DNA of 64,000 bases, from the NCBI RefSeq assembly GCF_006345805.1, contig NC_042997.1:6758001-6822000 (forward strand), given 5' to 3'. The notes below the pieces were generated by a model. It was given only the letters and a program-made list of their open reading frames with translations. It searched no databases and was not told the DNA's origin. Of the stretch, positions 40,567 to 52,633 are shown one piece after another. The first letter of the stretch is position 1, and each line of letters starts with the position of its first letter. The stretch comes from Octopus sinensis (lineage: Eukaryota). The translations under genes were made by a program, and so were the position numbers.

Positions 40567-42040
40567 GATTTTCTATGTATGTATATATGTGTGTGTATGT
40601 ATGTGTACGTATGTACACGCATTTCGTTCGATATATGCATTAACATTGTGTGCATATACAGCTATATATGTATACGGAAGGAGAGAGAGAGAGCGGGAGA
40701 TGGAAAGAGTGGATGAGTGTGTGTGTTACATACGCGCTTTTGTGTGTGTGAGCAATTGAGAAAGTAGAGAGAGAGAGAGAGAGTGAGATCTGCACCTGGA
40801 TATGTCTCTCCTAATCACACGTCAGGGTGTTTGCATTGCAGATTAGCCGTTTCCTTACATGAATGTCTTCCGTCTCCATGCCACTGACTTCGTACATGCA
40901 AAGGCACGAGTCGTTTATGCTTCGACATCGATGCCGTCGCAGGTGTTGCCGCCGGAACTCAAATAGCTGTAAGCTTTATAACAAGGTAGCTCGCGCGACG
41001 CTCTAACATTTCTGCCAATACGCAACCTTGCATAGGAATTTATTTATCAATACTGAAGGAAGGAAGGAAGGAAGGAGAGAGAAAGAAAGAAAGAAATAGA
41101 AAAGGAAAAAAAAAACAGAGAAGAAACATCAAAAATAAAATCAAAACAAGCAAGACACGAAAATAAATTAAGATAGAGAGAAAAAACATAAAATATATCA
41201 AAGAGGATATAGAAAGGAAGAACGGCGGGAAGAAATAGTAATAAAGAACGTAGAGAGAGAGAAAGGGGAGAGAGGAGGTGAGAGAGCGGTAAAGTAACAG
41301 AGAGACAGAAGAAGAGAAAAAAGGAATAAAGACAGAGAAAGAGTGTGTATCGATTCGACAAATAATTAAATTATGATAGAAAGAAAAACGGTGCGTGCAT
41401 TTTAGAACTGAAGCGAAAATGTAAGCTAGACAGTAGACGTACACAGACGAAGTCATGTACGTAGAAGAATGACAGGTTGCCTCAACGCATGCAGAGCATA
41501 CGTAAGGGAGGGCATATGGTTTGCCTTTTCATTTTTATGTACAAATGCACCAAGATACGCATTGGCTTTGTGCTTCTCGAAACGCAAGTCTGGGAAAGGA
41601 GTTAAATAAAAGGCATCCCCACTACCATGCGTACGTAAAAATACACACACACCCATACACACACATATATAAATATTATATACATACATAAACATGTCTT
41701 CATACATACACCCATATATGAACATATATGTGTTACGTATGTTTTTTTTTTTTTCTGCGTACATTCATATGTATACATGAATATATATATACACAGAAAG
41801 ATAAACGGACATGCACATACACACACGTATATTTATCAAGAGAGAGTGTGTGCTTATAAGAGTGAATGACAGACCTGTTTGAGACGAAGCCCTAAGTTAT
41901 ATGATAACTTTTGTTAAAGACATAACATGAAATATACATCATCAACAAAATAGTGAGACCGTGTCAGATATAGTTTACACTATGAAAATACCTTTTTATA
42001 TTTCATAAATCCTATGATATTATATATATATGTATATATA

Positions 42041-42083
<43 letters not shown>

Positions 42084-42113
42084 AATAAAAATATTATTAT
42101 AATATATGTCATA

Positions 42114-42156
<43 letters not shown>

Positions 42157-42244
42157 GTATATATATATATACATATATATACATAAAATATATATGGGAT
42201 AAATGTTTTTTATTTTTGTACGTATGTATTTATGTATGTATGTA

Positions 42245-42277
<33 letters not shown>

Positions 42278-42592
42278 ATATATATACATATATGTCTATA
42301 TATATCCATACATGCATATATATCAGGAGAAATATAAACAGATAGATAGTTAAGTATATTTACCGAGATGCATCTAACTAGGGACAGGAAGAACAATCAT
42401 CTCTAGAAAATATATAGTTATATTGTAGAAAATACTATTGAGAAATTTATGTTGCTAGCCACGTTACATCTTTATAACTAGCGCACATGAAAATACACAA
42501 ACACACACACACACATATATACACAAACACATGTACACGTAGCAGTAAAAAATTATCAATTAAGAATTAGGTTGTACTACCATATACATATA

Positions 42593-42635
<43 letters not shown>

Positions 42636-42711
42636 AAACAGATATGACTATATATCTGTAAGCACACATATATATTTCTCTTTTATGTATGTATATATCT
42701 ATCTCCGTATT

Positions 42712-42753
<42 letters not shown>

Positions 42754-43124
42754 TATATACATATATATATATATTCATATATACACATATATATATATAC
42801 CTATATACATATACATATATATAGATATATATATACATATACATATATATATATGTATATAGTTATATATATACATTTATATATATGTACGTGTTTGTGT
42901 GTGTATGTATGTATACTCAAATATATATATATTTGTTGTCCGTGTATGTGTGTATGTACACACATGCAAACATACACTTTTATATCTATATATATATATA
43001 TATATAATCCTACATCCAATAGTATTACGAGCTGCACTGATTCACTTATGGCTCATATGTGCATGCGTATATGTATATGTATCTTTGTGTCTATTTGTGT
43101 TTGCATGTATGTATGTGTGTTTTC

Positions 43125-43524
43125 TTTTATTCCTTTATTCTTTTGCTTGTTTCAGCCATTTGTGACAGGCCTTACAGAAGCATTGCCTTGAAAATATATT
43201 TAGTCGAACAACTCGACTTCAGGACATATGTGTTAAGCCTAGTACTTTTTCTATCGTGATTTTGCCCAAACCGCTAATTTTCATGGATGTAAACACACCA
43301 ACATATGTTAAGTGTTGATTTGGGTACAAACACAGACACCAAGATAACATAAACACACACACATACACACGACGGGATTTCTTCCTTTTGAGTAAACCAA
43401 ATCCACTCAGAAGTGTTTGGTCGGCCCGAGGCTATAGTAGAAAACACCCAAGGGTCAACGCACTTGGATTGAACCCGGAACCGTGTAGCTTGGAAGCCAG
43501 CTTCTTACTGCTCAGCCTTGCCTG
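43125..43524 (-). mobile_element. SINE family A, diverged full length
   Basis: Retains cagccatttg, aaaccgctaa, gacggg, ggtcggcccgaggctatagtagaa and gaacccggaacc blocks in order. Confidence 0.8.
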
Positions 43525-43919
43525 TATGTATATATGTATATATAAATGTGCATTTGTATGTATGATTTAACAGAGACAAAGACAAAGAGAGAGAGAGAGG
43601 GGAGTGAGAGAAAGAGGCAGTAAGAGAACGAGAGAGCGAAAGGGCGAGATAGATTAGAGATTAGTCTCTAAAAGGCAAAATTTCATATATTAAGTGGGAG
43701 GCATGGTGCTGTGAAACGTTCTTAATGATGGTTATTTCAAAGAACCGTATAAAATTATAGAGCCAAAGATGAATCCGCCGGGATTCTTGTTTCTTACTAC
43801 TTTGGTCCTGACCAGGTATCTTATTCTTGTATCTCGAAAAAGAGTAGATGCCACGGAAGTCTTTAGGTGTCATCACAAATATTATTTTCAACCCAAGTCA
43901 CAAAGCCCGAAATTTCTGC

Positions 43920-44101
43920 GGAACTGGGGCCAGACGATTAGATTGACCCCAGTACGTAACTGGTACTTAATTTATCGACCTCGAAACGATGAAAGGCAAA
44001 GTCGACCTCGGCAGAATTTGAACTCAGAACGTAAAGACAGACGAAATACCGCTAAACATTTTGCCCGGAGTGATAATGTTTCTGTCCCCTCACCGCCTTT
44101 A
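43920..44101 (-). mobile_element. tRNA-derived SINE, family B
   Basis: Minus: aaggcggtgag..gggcaaaatgtttagcggtatttcg..GAGTTCAAATTC (B-box, 44014-44025)..gtcgataaattaagtaccagttacgtactggggtcaatc. Confidence 0.75.
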
Positions 44102-45648
44102 GGTCATCACAAATAATGTTTATTGTATATGCTGGTTCACGGTTGCTTAAAAATTCTTGGGAATATTATCGAGTAAAACGGTTTTCGGCATTACTATTAA
44201 TATTAAGATGTCTCATTTATATATCGTTTAGCAATAAATCATCTACCTTACTTAGAAGTCAAAAATCCCTGCAAAGAATGTTTGTGCTGGTAATAATTGC
44301 TGACGATAGTAACGTCTTGGTAATAGGATCTTAAATACCTATTTAAGTATTCTATACGCCTTGGTTAGAGGAAAGCAACATTATTGCTTGTAACATCTGA
44401 ATTATAAATGCAAGATTGCATTCCTTAATATGGCTTTGCAACTTCTCATATATGAGACCACGATAGTTCAATTTACAGAGAGGTGTTTGGTATACTTGTT
44501 GTCTGCTTGCAACTGTTGCAGATATAACATATTTTACAACCCCTTAACCACACGAACAATTCCATAGCTTTTAACTTTTACCTGTAGCCCAAACATTCCA
44601 TCTATTACTTTCCCCACATATTTTCAGATAAAAGAATTGTTAAGTTTAGATTATATCATGAATCCTTGATTTTTTTTTAAGGCTAAGGTGTGTTCTGAGC
44701 GGGATATAGATACTATGTTCAGCATGCCATCTGAACATTTTCCGGTACCATTATTGGGTCCAATATGATACGTCTTAGTTGGAGAGGTACACAAACAAGC
44801 ATATTTTTCTTCCTCGATGGGTGATGTTAATTATGAAATGTAAATCTTCTTTGTTTCTTCAACTGATTATAAATTATTATTGAAGTTTTAAGAACTTCAT
44901 TTTGTGCGGCAGAACATTGATATTCATTTTTGCAGATTCCCCATTCCAGGTTCGATAAAATAAAGTATGGAGACGATGTAATCGACATTAACATCAACTA
45001 AATTTCCAGGCCGCCTACAATTATTAGGCATTACTATTAATCGTTTTGATGCTTCCTACATGAAAGGTGTTATTTTCATCTAGCAATATTTACAGCAAGC
45101 TAGAATAGGCCATTAAAGGGTGAAATGACTTAGTCACAGGCAACCAGGCAATGATCAATAAATACGAACTGCCGAAGCTTCAGACATTAGTCTGTCACTC
45201 CTATCGACGCTAACAGCCTTCATATAATATCTGTAGTGTATACGGATGTACAGGCAAACAGATAGTCTCATATATGAAAACACGTCTACACACATACCCA
45301 CACATACACAAACACGATATATAATCTTTAACTATTTTATTCTCTTACTCAAATCAGTAAGAGAGCTGCAGCCATACTGAGGCAATACAGTTAGTGTTGC
45401 TACACATTCATTACTTGGAGACCACCTAGAATATATGGTAATTGTTGAATGAATGAGTTTGATATTGGTGCTCTCATTTTCATTTACTGCTGCGAGTAAG
45501 GTCTATTCGGAACTCTTACCAGGAAGGGATTAAGTTTTGTTTGGAAGACATCTACATCCACCCTATGATGGTGTCCCACAATTTTTGGAGGAAATATTGA
45601 ATATATATATATATATATATTGTATATATATATATATTGTATATATAT

Positions 45649-45748
45649 NNNNNNNNNNNNNNNNNNNNNNNNNNNNNNNNNNNNNNNNNNNNNNNNNNNN
45701 NNNNNNNNNNNNNNNNNNNNNNNNNNNNNNNNNNNNNNNNNNNNNNNN
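45649..45748. other. Assembly gap (100 N)
   Basis: Exactly 100 N, a typical placeholder for a gap of unknown size. Confidence 0.99.
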
Positions 45749-46013
45749 TTAGAGATTAGTCACTAAAAGGCAAAATTTCATATATTAAGTGGGAGGCATG
45801 GTGCTGTGAAAACGTTCTTAATGATGGTTTTTCAAAGAACGTATAAAATTATAGAGCCAAAGATGAATCCGCCGGGATTCTTGTTTCTTACTACTTTGGT
45901 CCTGACCAGGTATCTTATTCTTGTATCTCGAAAAAGAGTAGATGCCACGGAAGTCTTTAGGTGTCATCACAAATATTATTTTCAACCCAAGTCACAAAGC
46001 CCGAAATTTCTGC

Positions 46014-46195
46014 GGAACTGGGGCCAGACGATTAGATTGACCCCAGTACGTAACTGGTACTTAATTTATCGACCTCGAAACGATGAAAGGCAAAGTCGAC
46101 CTCGGCAGAATTTGAACTCAGAACGTAAAGACAGACGAAATACCGCTAAACATTTTGCCCGGAGTGATAATGTTTCTGTCCCCTCACCGCCTTTA
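46014..46195 (-). mobile_element. SINE family B, copy inside the gap-flanking duplication
   Basis: Matches 43920-44101. Confidence 0.75.
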
Positions 46196-47689
46196 GGTCA
46201 TCACAAATAATGTTTATTGTATATGCTGGTTCACGGTTGCTTAAAAATTCTTGGGAATATTATCGAGTAAAACGGTTTTCGGCATTACTATTAATATTAA
46301 GATGTCTCATTTATATATCGTTTAGCAATAAATCATCTACCTTACTTAGAAGTCAAAAATCCCTGCAAAGAATGTTTGTGCTGGTAATAATTGCTGACGA
46401 TAGTAACGTCTTGGTAATAGGATCTTAAATACCTATTTAAGTATTCTTTACGCCTTGGTTAGAGGAAAGCAACATTATTGCTTGTAACATCTGAATTATA
46501 AATGCAAGATTGCATTCCTTAATATGGCTTTGCAACTTCTCATATATGAGACCACGATAGTTCAATTTACAGAGAGGTGTTTGGTATACTTGTTGTCTGC
46601 TTGCAACTGTTGCAGATATAACATATTTTACAACCCCTTAACCACACGAACGATTCCATAGCTTTTAACTTTTACCTGTAGCCCAAACATTCCATCTATT
46701 ACTTTCCCCACATATTTTCAGATAAAAGAATTGTTAAGTTTAGATTATATCATGAATCCTTGATTTTTTTTTAAGGCTAAGGTGTGTTCTGAGCGGGATA
46801 TAGATACTATGTTCAGCATGCCATCTGAACATTTTCCGGTACCATTATTGGGTCCAATATGATACGTCTTAGTTGGAGAGGTACACAAACAAGCATATTT
46901 TTCTTCCTCGATGGGTGATGTTAATTATGAAATGTAAATCTTCTTTGTTTCTTCAACTGATTATAAATTATTATTGAAGTTTTAAGAACTTCATTTTGTG
47001 CGGCAGAACATTGATATTCATTTTTGAGATTCCCCATTCCAGGTTCGATAAAATAAAGTATGGAGACGATGTAATCGACATTAACATCAACTAAATTTCC
47101 AGGCCGCCTACAATTATTAGGCATTACTATTAATCGTTTTGATGCTTCCTACATGAAAGGTGTTATTTTCATCTAGCAATATTTACAGCAAGCTAGAATA
47201 GGCCATTAAAGGGTGAAATGACTTAGTCACAGGCAACCAGGCAATGATCAATAAATACGAACTGCCGAAGCTTCAGACATTAGTCTGTCACTCCTATCGA
47301 CGCTAACAGCCTTCATATAATATCTGTAGTGTATACGGATGTACAGGCAAACAGATAGTCTCATATATGAAAACACGTCTACACACATACCCACACATAC
47401 ACAAACACGATATATAATCTTTAACTATTTTATTCTCTTACTCAAATCCGTAAGAGAGCTGCAGCCATACTGAGGCAATACAGTTGGTGCTACACATTCA
47501 TTACTTGGAGACCACCTAGAATATATGGTAATGTTGAATGAATGAGTTTGATATTGGTGCTCTCATTTTCATTTACTGCTGCGAGTAAGGTCTATTCGGA
47601 ACTCTTACCAGGAAGGGATAAGTTTTGTTTGGAAGACATCTACATCCACCCATATGATGGTGTCCCACAATTTTTGGAGGAAATATTGA

Positions 47690-47725
<36 letters not shown>

Positions 47726-47726
47726 T

Positions 47727-47769
<43 letters not shown>

Positions 47770-48093
47770 ATGTGTGTGTGTGTGTGTGAGTGTATCTATC
47801 TCTCTTTATATACGTAAGCACACATAAACACACACATATATATATATATAGAATGAGAGAGAGATTGATAGATAGATAGACAGATACCAATGAAAAGAAG
47901 AAGACAAAGAACATTCTTTAACATAGCTTTAATTGTAATCTACAATTGTTTCGGTACCATCTCTATTTGCAATATCCGAGGACGCGAACATTCTCAATGA
48001 AGAGTGACGTAAAATTTGCGATTTTAGACATTAGCTAGGGGCATTTAATCAGATTTGAATCGAAAGTGTCTTTTTACTTTGTGCGTCCTTCAG

Positions 48094-48160
48094 ATCTAGT
48101 TGCTAAGTATTTATCAGGAGGAAATAAAAAAGTTTTAGAGTGTGGATGTGGAATGAGCAA
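48094..48160 (+). CDS. Candidate internal exon encoding class I SAM-methyltransferase motif I
   Basis: Acceptor tctttttactttgtgcgtccttcag|, donor AA|gtaggg; phase 1 to 2, reads (D)LVAKYLSGGNKKVLECGCGMS(K). Neighbouring exons were not identified. Confidence 0.45.
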
Positions 48161-48179
48161 GTAGGGTAGATACTATGTG

Positions 48180-48484
48180 GTGATGGTGCGAAATCAAGAC
48201 GATGGATACGCAAAGGAAAGAGAAAGGAAAAAAAGGGAAGGAAAACGAGAATAGGAAAAGGAAGAAAATAATGAGAAGGTGAAATGAAGTGACTGAGGAA
48301 GAAGAAGAATGCGAAGGAGGAGAAAAAGAAGTAGAAGAAATATGATGAGGAGGAGAAATAAAAAAGAAGAAGTAGAGGAAGTGAAAGGAGAAAAAGAAGA
48401 GGAAAAGGAGGAGAAGAAGAAGAAAAACGAACAAGAATGAGGAGGAGAAAGAATTAGGACAAGAAGGAAGAATGATGTGGTGAG

Positions 48485-48517
<33 letters not shown>

Positions 48518-48735
48518 TAATAAGAAGAAGAAGAAGAAGAAGCAGGAAGGAGAATAAGAAGGAAGAGGAAAGAAGAAGAGGAAGAGAAGAAGGGAGGAAG
48601 AGAAGAAGAAGAAGAAGAAGAAGAAGAAGAAAAAGAAAAGAAGAAGAAAAGAAGAGAAGAAGAAGAAGAAGAAGAAGAAGAAGAAGAAGAAGAAGAAGAA
48701 GAAGAAGAAGAGAAGAAGAAGAAGGGGAAGAAATG
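48180..48735 (+). repeat. Purine-rich low-complexity tract with (GAA)n and (AAT)n
   Basis: Read directly; source of minus ORF 48135-48764. Confidence 0.9.
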
Positions 48736-49204
48736 CAGGCTGTCATATGCTGGTGGTGGTTCAATCAGTTGAAGCGGTACCGTTGTGGCCGAAATTCATG
48801 TCAAGGGGCACCAAACGGTATCATCCGGCGACAACTGAAAGTGAAAGTATTTTATTAAATACACAATCAGAAAATTATCCGGAATCAAATGATGAGAATA
48901 TTTATGATGCATGATGTGGCCCTGATATATTTCAGTAACGGGAAAGAGATGAAAATAGGAAAAGAAAAGACCAAAAATGTGACAATAATGTACGAGAGAA
49001 GTGTAACATCTGAAGTGATGGTAAAGGCTTAAAAATTGGAGCAGAAAATAATTGGACTTAAATTTAATTAAGCAGTGACGAGGAGTTTTCTAAACTATAT
49101 CAGTTATACAGGTGGGACTAAAATTAAAATATAGAACTTGAAATGTATGGGCAGCAAGTGGTACATAGGTATATGTATGTATATATATATATATATATAT
49201 TTTT

Positions 49205-49336
49205 TTTTTTACTTGTTTTAGTCATTTGACTGCGGCCATGCTGGAGCACCGCCTTTAGTCGACCAAATCGACCCCGGGAATTATTCTTTGTAAACCCAGT
49301 ACTTATTCTATCGGTCTGTTTTGCCGAACCGCTAAG
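49205..49336 (-). mobile_element. SINE family A, 3' tail fragment
   Basis: gtcatttgactgcggccatgctggagcaccgcctttagtcg..gccgaaccgctaag nearly matches the tail of 29110-29507. Confidence 0.85.
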
Positions 49337-49768
49337 ATATATATTAATTGTTATCGCCATATAAATATGGCAGTCTTATAGATATAAGACTAAAAGCTGT
49401 CGCTGATTAGCTCCATGAGGCCATCGCCTTAAGATAGCTATTTGACACACAAACTGTGTCCATTATAACCTTCGAACAAGGGAGGTCAGCCGCTTCACAC
49501 TGCCAATCATATATATGTATATGTATACCCATGCAGACTCACACACACATACACGAAATATTTCAAAAGTACGGAGCGTACATGATAATGTGCCATGGAA
49601 ATGATTTGGTGTCCCTACAGTTTCGTTGAATCATGGAGAGTTTGCTGCTTTTATGGGCCCCTTTGTAGGCATGGGCATTTCAGTTAATTTCACGTCATAT
49701 ATTACTCTATCATCTATCTATCTATCTAGCTATATATGGGCGTATGTATATATATGTAAATGTTTGTA

Positions 49769-49802
<34 letters not shown>

Positions 49803-50559
49803 ATATATATATATATATTATATATATATATATTATATAATATATCATATATAAATATATATATATTATTTCGTTCCCAGAGGTATTGAGAAAAAATAGT
49901 GACACAAGTATTTTTTTCATCGGTTTCGCCTGATATGTGACGTGTGACTAGGAAACTTGAAAGTGACGTGAATCAGTAAATTTCAATATGCCGGTGCACA
50001 TTGAGAGATAGGTCCCGAAACGGGACACATTCTCTTCTGATGACCCCCATACACTTGCTGGCCTCCGTTGTGCGGAGCTTTCGAGTCGTAGCACACGCAA
50101 GTACGAGTTGTTCTCATACGTCTAAAGTGCTGGAGAGTGAAATACGTATCTCTCATATCTCACTGTATTTCTCTATAGAAAGTGTGATAAATAGATATAA
50201 AAACTTATATATATGTATGTACCACCACATTTAAAATCTCACTCGAAGATATATATATAAACATAGGATTATATTTCCTCTCATATTTTCCAACATATGC
50301 TCTTGAATAAATATATGTCTCGGTCTATATAAGTGTCAGCATGTCTGTGTTTCCATATATATTTACTTAAATATGCAAGTGTGTATAGTTATGTGTATAT
50401 AAATACATATACATAAACATGAAAACATATTTGTTTGTGTGTATATATATAATATATATATATATAATAACAATTATTAGAAAGGAAGAAAACAAGATAG
50501 ATTGATAGAGAGATAAATAGACAGACAAACAGATAGAGAGACAGACAAATATATAGATA

Positions 50560-50582
50560 GGTAGATAGATAGATAGGTAGGT

Positions 50583-50679
<97 letters not shown>

Positions 50680-50680
50680 T
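50560..50680. repeat. (AGAT)n microsatellite
   Basis: Read directly. Confidence 0.95.
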
Positions 50681-51477
50681 ATAGATTGAAATAGGTTTGA
50701 ATTCGAAATCAGAGGTTTCCCCAAATGAAATTTAGGTAAACATGACTTTATTGTTGTCGTGAGAAAACGGCACGAAATATTCATAATAAATATAAACATG
50801 AGTTTCAATTTAAGAAGGAAAACAAAAAGCTAGTGGCGAAAAATTGAACTACTGAAATAAAACGAAGATAAATTGAAGTACGTATGCTGATAAAGGAATA
50901 TAAAACAGATGCATTTATGTTGATGTAGGATTATTGAAATTTTCCTTTGAACATATCTCATACGTGAATTAACTACATTTAGCACAAAGCACACAAACAT
51001 GCCCACAAACGCTGAGACATAGATTTGTATTTAGGCACACGCAATTAAACGCACGCGCAAAGATGTAAGTTATAAATTGTTGCATATATGTATATATACG
51101 TCTATGTGATTCATATACATATAAACATTTATTAGTGTAAATATGTCCATGCAAGGAAAACATGAATGTAAATAGGTACTTAAGGATGATATATACGCTA
51201 GTGGTTAGGGTGTTCGGCTCTGTCATGAGGTTGTACCCCAATATCTTGAAGAGCTGAGCGTTCGCGCTTTCATGTTGCCCCCATGAGATCAAACAGTTAT
51301 TATGTAAAGGCCAAGTGCAGCCTAGACATGCTAATTTAGTAGATCCTGAATGTAAATCACATGATTTCCATCGCTCCCTCTATCTTTAAATTCATATAAA
51401 TTAATATATATATATGTGTGTGTGTGCTTATATATGTATAGATGTAGATATGTATACATATGTGTACATTCTCTAAT

Positions 51478-51853
51478 TCTTTTCTTTTACTTGTTTCAGT
51501 CATTTAACTGCGACCATGCTGGAAAACAAATCGAACACAGAACTCATCTTTATAAGCTGAGTACTTATTCTATCGGTCTAAGTTACGTGTAAATAAACAC
51601 ACAAAAATCGGTGTCAAGCCATACCGGGTGAGACAAATACAGACACACAAACACATACTTACAAACATATATACATACATACATACATACATACATACGT
51701 TCGACGGGTTTTTTTTCAGTTTCCGCCTGCAAAATCCACTCACAACAGTCTGGTAGACCGGAGGCAATATCAGAAGACACTCGCTGAAGGTACCAAATGG
51801 GATTGAGCCCAAAGCCATGTGGTTGGGAAGCAAGCCTCTTACCACATAGCCAC
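51478..51853 (-). mobile_element. SINE family A, diverged with deletions
   Basis: ttacttgtttcagtcattt..agtacttattctatcggtct..cgacggg..ccatgtggttgg..ttaccacatagccac. Confidence 0.8.
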
Positions 51854-52188
51854 ATATAGAGTCGGTGTCTAAAATAATCTCTCGTAATATTTCGTTTGTT
51901 CATTATTTCCTTCCGTCTTCTATTCACACAACTATGAATCCTGTATTCATTTTTTCTGTATGTTTGCTACCTGCATATCTGCACATTTTGCACCACACCT
52001 ACCTGCCTCGTGCATGATTATACTCTAGTCACGTCATGCACACCCGATGCATATTCATATCTCCCTAAGTAGCTATCTTGTTCAGTTTCTCCTTGTTACC
52101 TATCTGCCTGTCTCTCACTCTCTTTATACATACACACAGATACACGTGCGCGTCGCACAACACATATACCATAATGTATATATATATA

Positions 52189-52221
<33 letters not shown>

Positions 52222-52283
52222 ATATATAATTATATATATAATATATATATATATATTTATATATATATATATATAAATATCAT

Positions 52284-52314
<31 letters not shown>

Positions 52315-52315
<1 letters not shown>

Positions 52316-52567
52316 CCGGAGTAAACACATAAATGTGAAAAAGGTGGAAAAAAGAGTACTCAAATACCGTGGTAGAGTAATTGCTTTATTTTAAGCATCA
52401 AAAAATTCAACAAAATCTATTACTCTGAGTTTCTCGTTGCCGTTACATCAGACAGTTTTTGCTAGAATGGAACTGATCTGCTGCTTAAAATAAAGCATAT
52501 TACTCTACCACTGGTATTTGAGTACTCTTTTTTCCACCTTGTTTCACAGTTATGTGTTTACTCCGGT
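52315..52567. repeat. Inverted repeat with ~83-86 bp arms (52315-52397 / 52482-52567)
   Basis: accggagtaaacacataa...ttttaagca is the near reverse complement of tgcttaaaa...tatgtgtttactccggt; the spacer holds the inverted hammerhead. Confidence 0.95.
52409..52463 (-). ncRNA. Hammerhead motif in the inverted 5' pseudo-LTR
   Basis: Minus strand reads ctgt CTGATG(t)A acggcaacga GAAA ctcagag TA atag. It is the same sequence as 55826-55863, with a 1-nt core insertion but a fully paired stem III (actc-a-gagt). Confidence 0.55.
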
Positions 52568-52633
52568 GTAACCTGCTCCTTGTAAAAGTTTGAGCGACTC
52601 TGCACAAGTAGGAAGAACAAACAACTGAAAAAG

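Larger units (their letters stand above)
43654..47700 (+). repeat. ~2-kb direct duplication on either side of an assembly gap
   Basis: 43654-~45600 is repeated at 45749-~47700 (offset ~2095) with about a dozen small differences. Confidence 0.95.

Noticed and set aside
40859-40966. Minus-strand 108-nt open exon candidate with a gtaagg donor
   Set aside because: The acceptor side adjoins a decayed family B SINE head (~40985-41030), the peptide is not recognisable, and it opposes the other candidates.
43769-44116. 115-134 aa ORFs repeated at 45806-46210
   Set aside because: Half of the ORF is antisense family B SINE, and the repetition comes from the gap-flanking duplication.
44660-44830. Minus-strand open frame YACLCTSPTKTYHIGPNNGTGKC, EGF-like at first sight
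   Set aside because: Cys spacing is incomplete, splice sites are weak, and a decayed transposon origin is equally plausible.
48135-48764. 209-aa Leu/Phe/Ser-rich ORF that looks like a membrane protein
   Set aside because: It is the antisense reading of a (GAA)n purine tract.
50011-50043. GAAA and CTGATGA close together
   Set aside because: The flanks cannot form stem II in this order; gtccc-gaaac-gggac is a simple hairpin.
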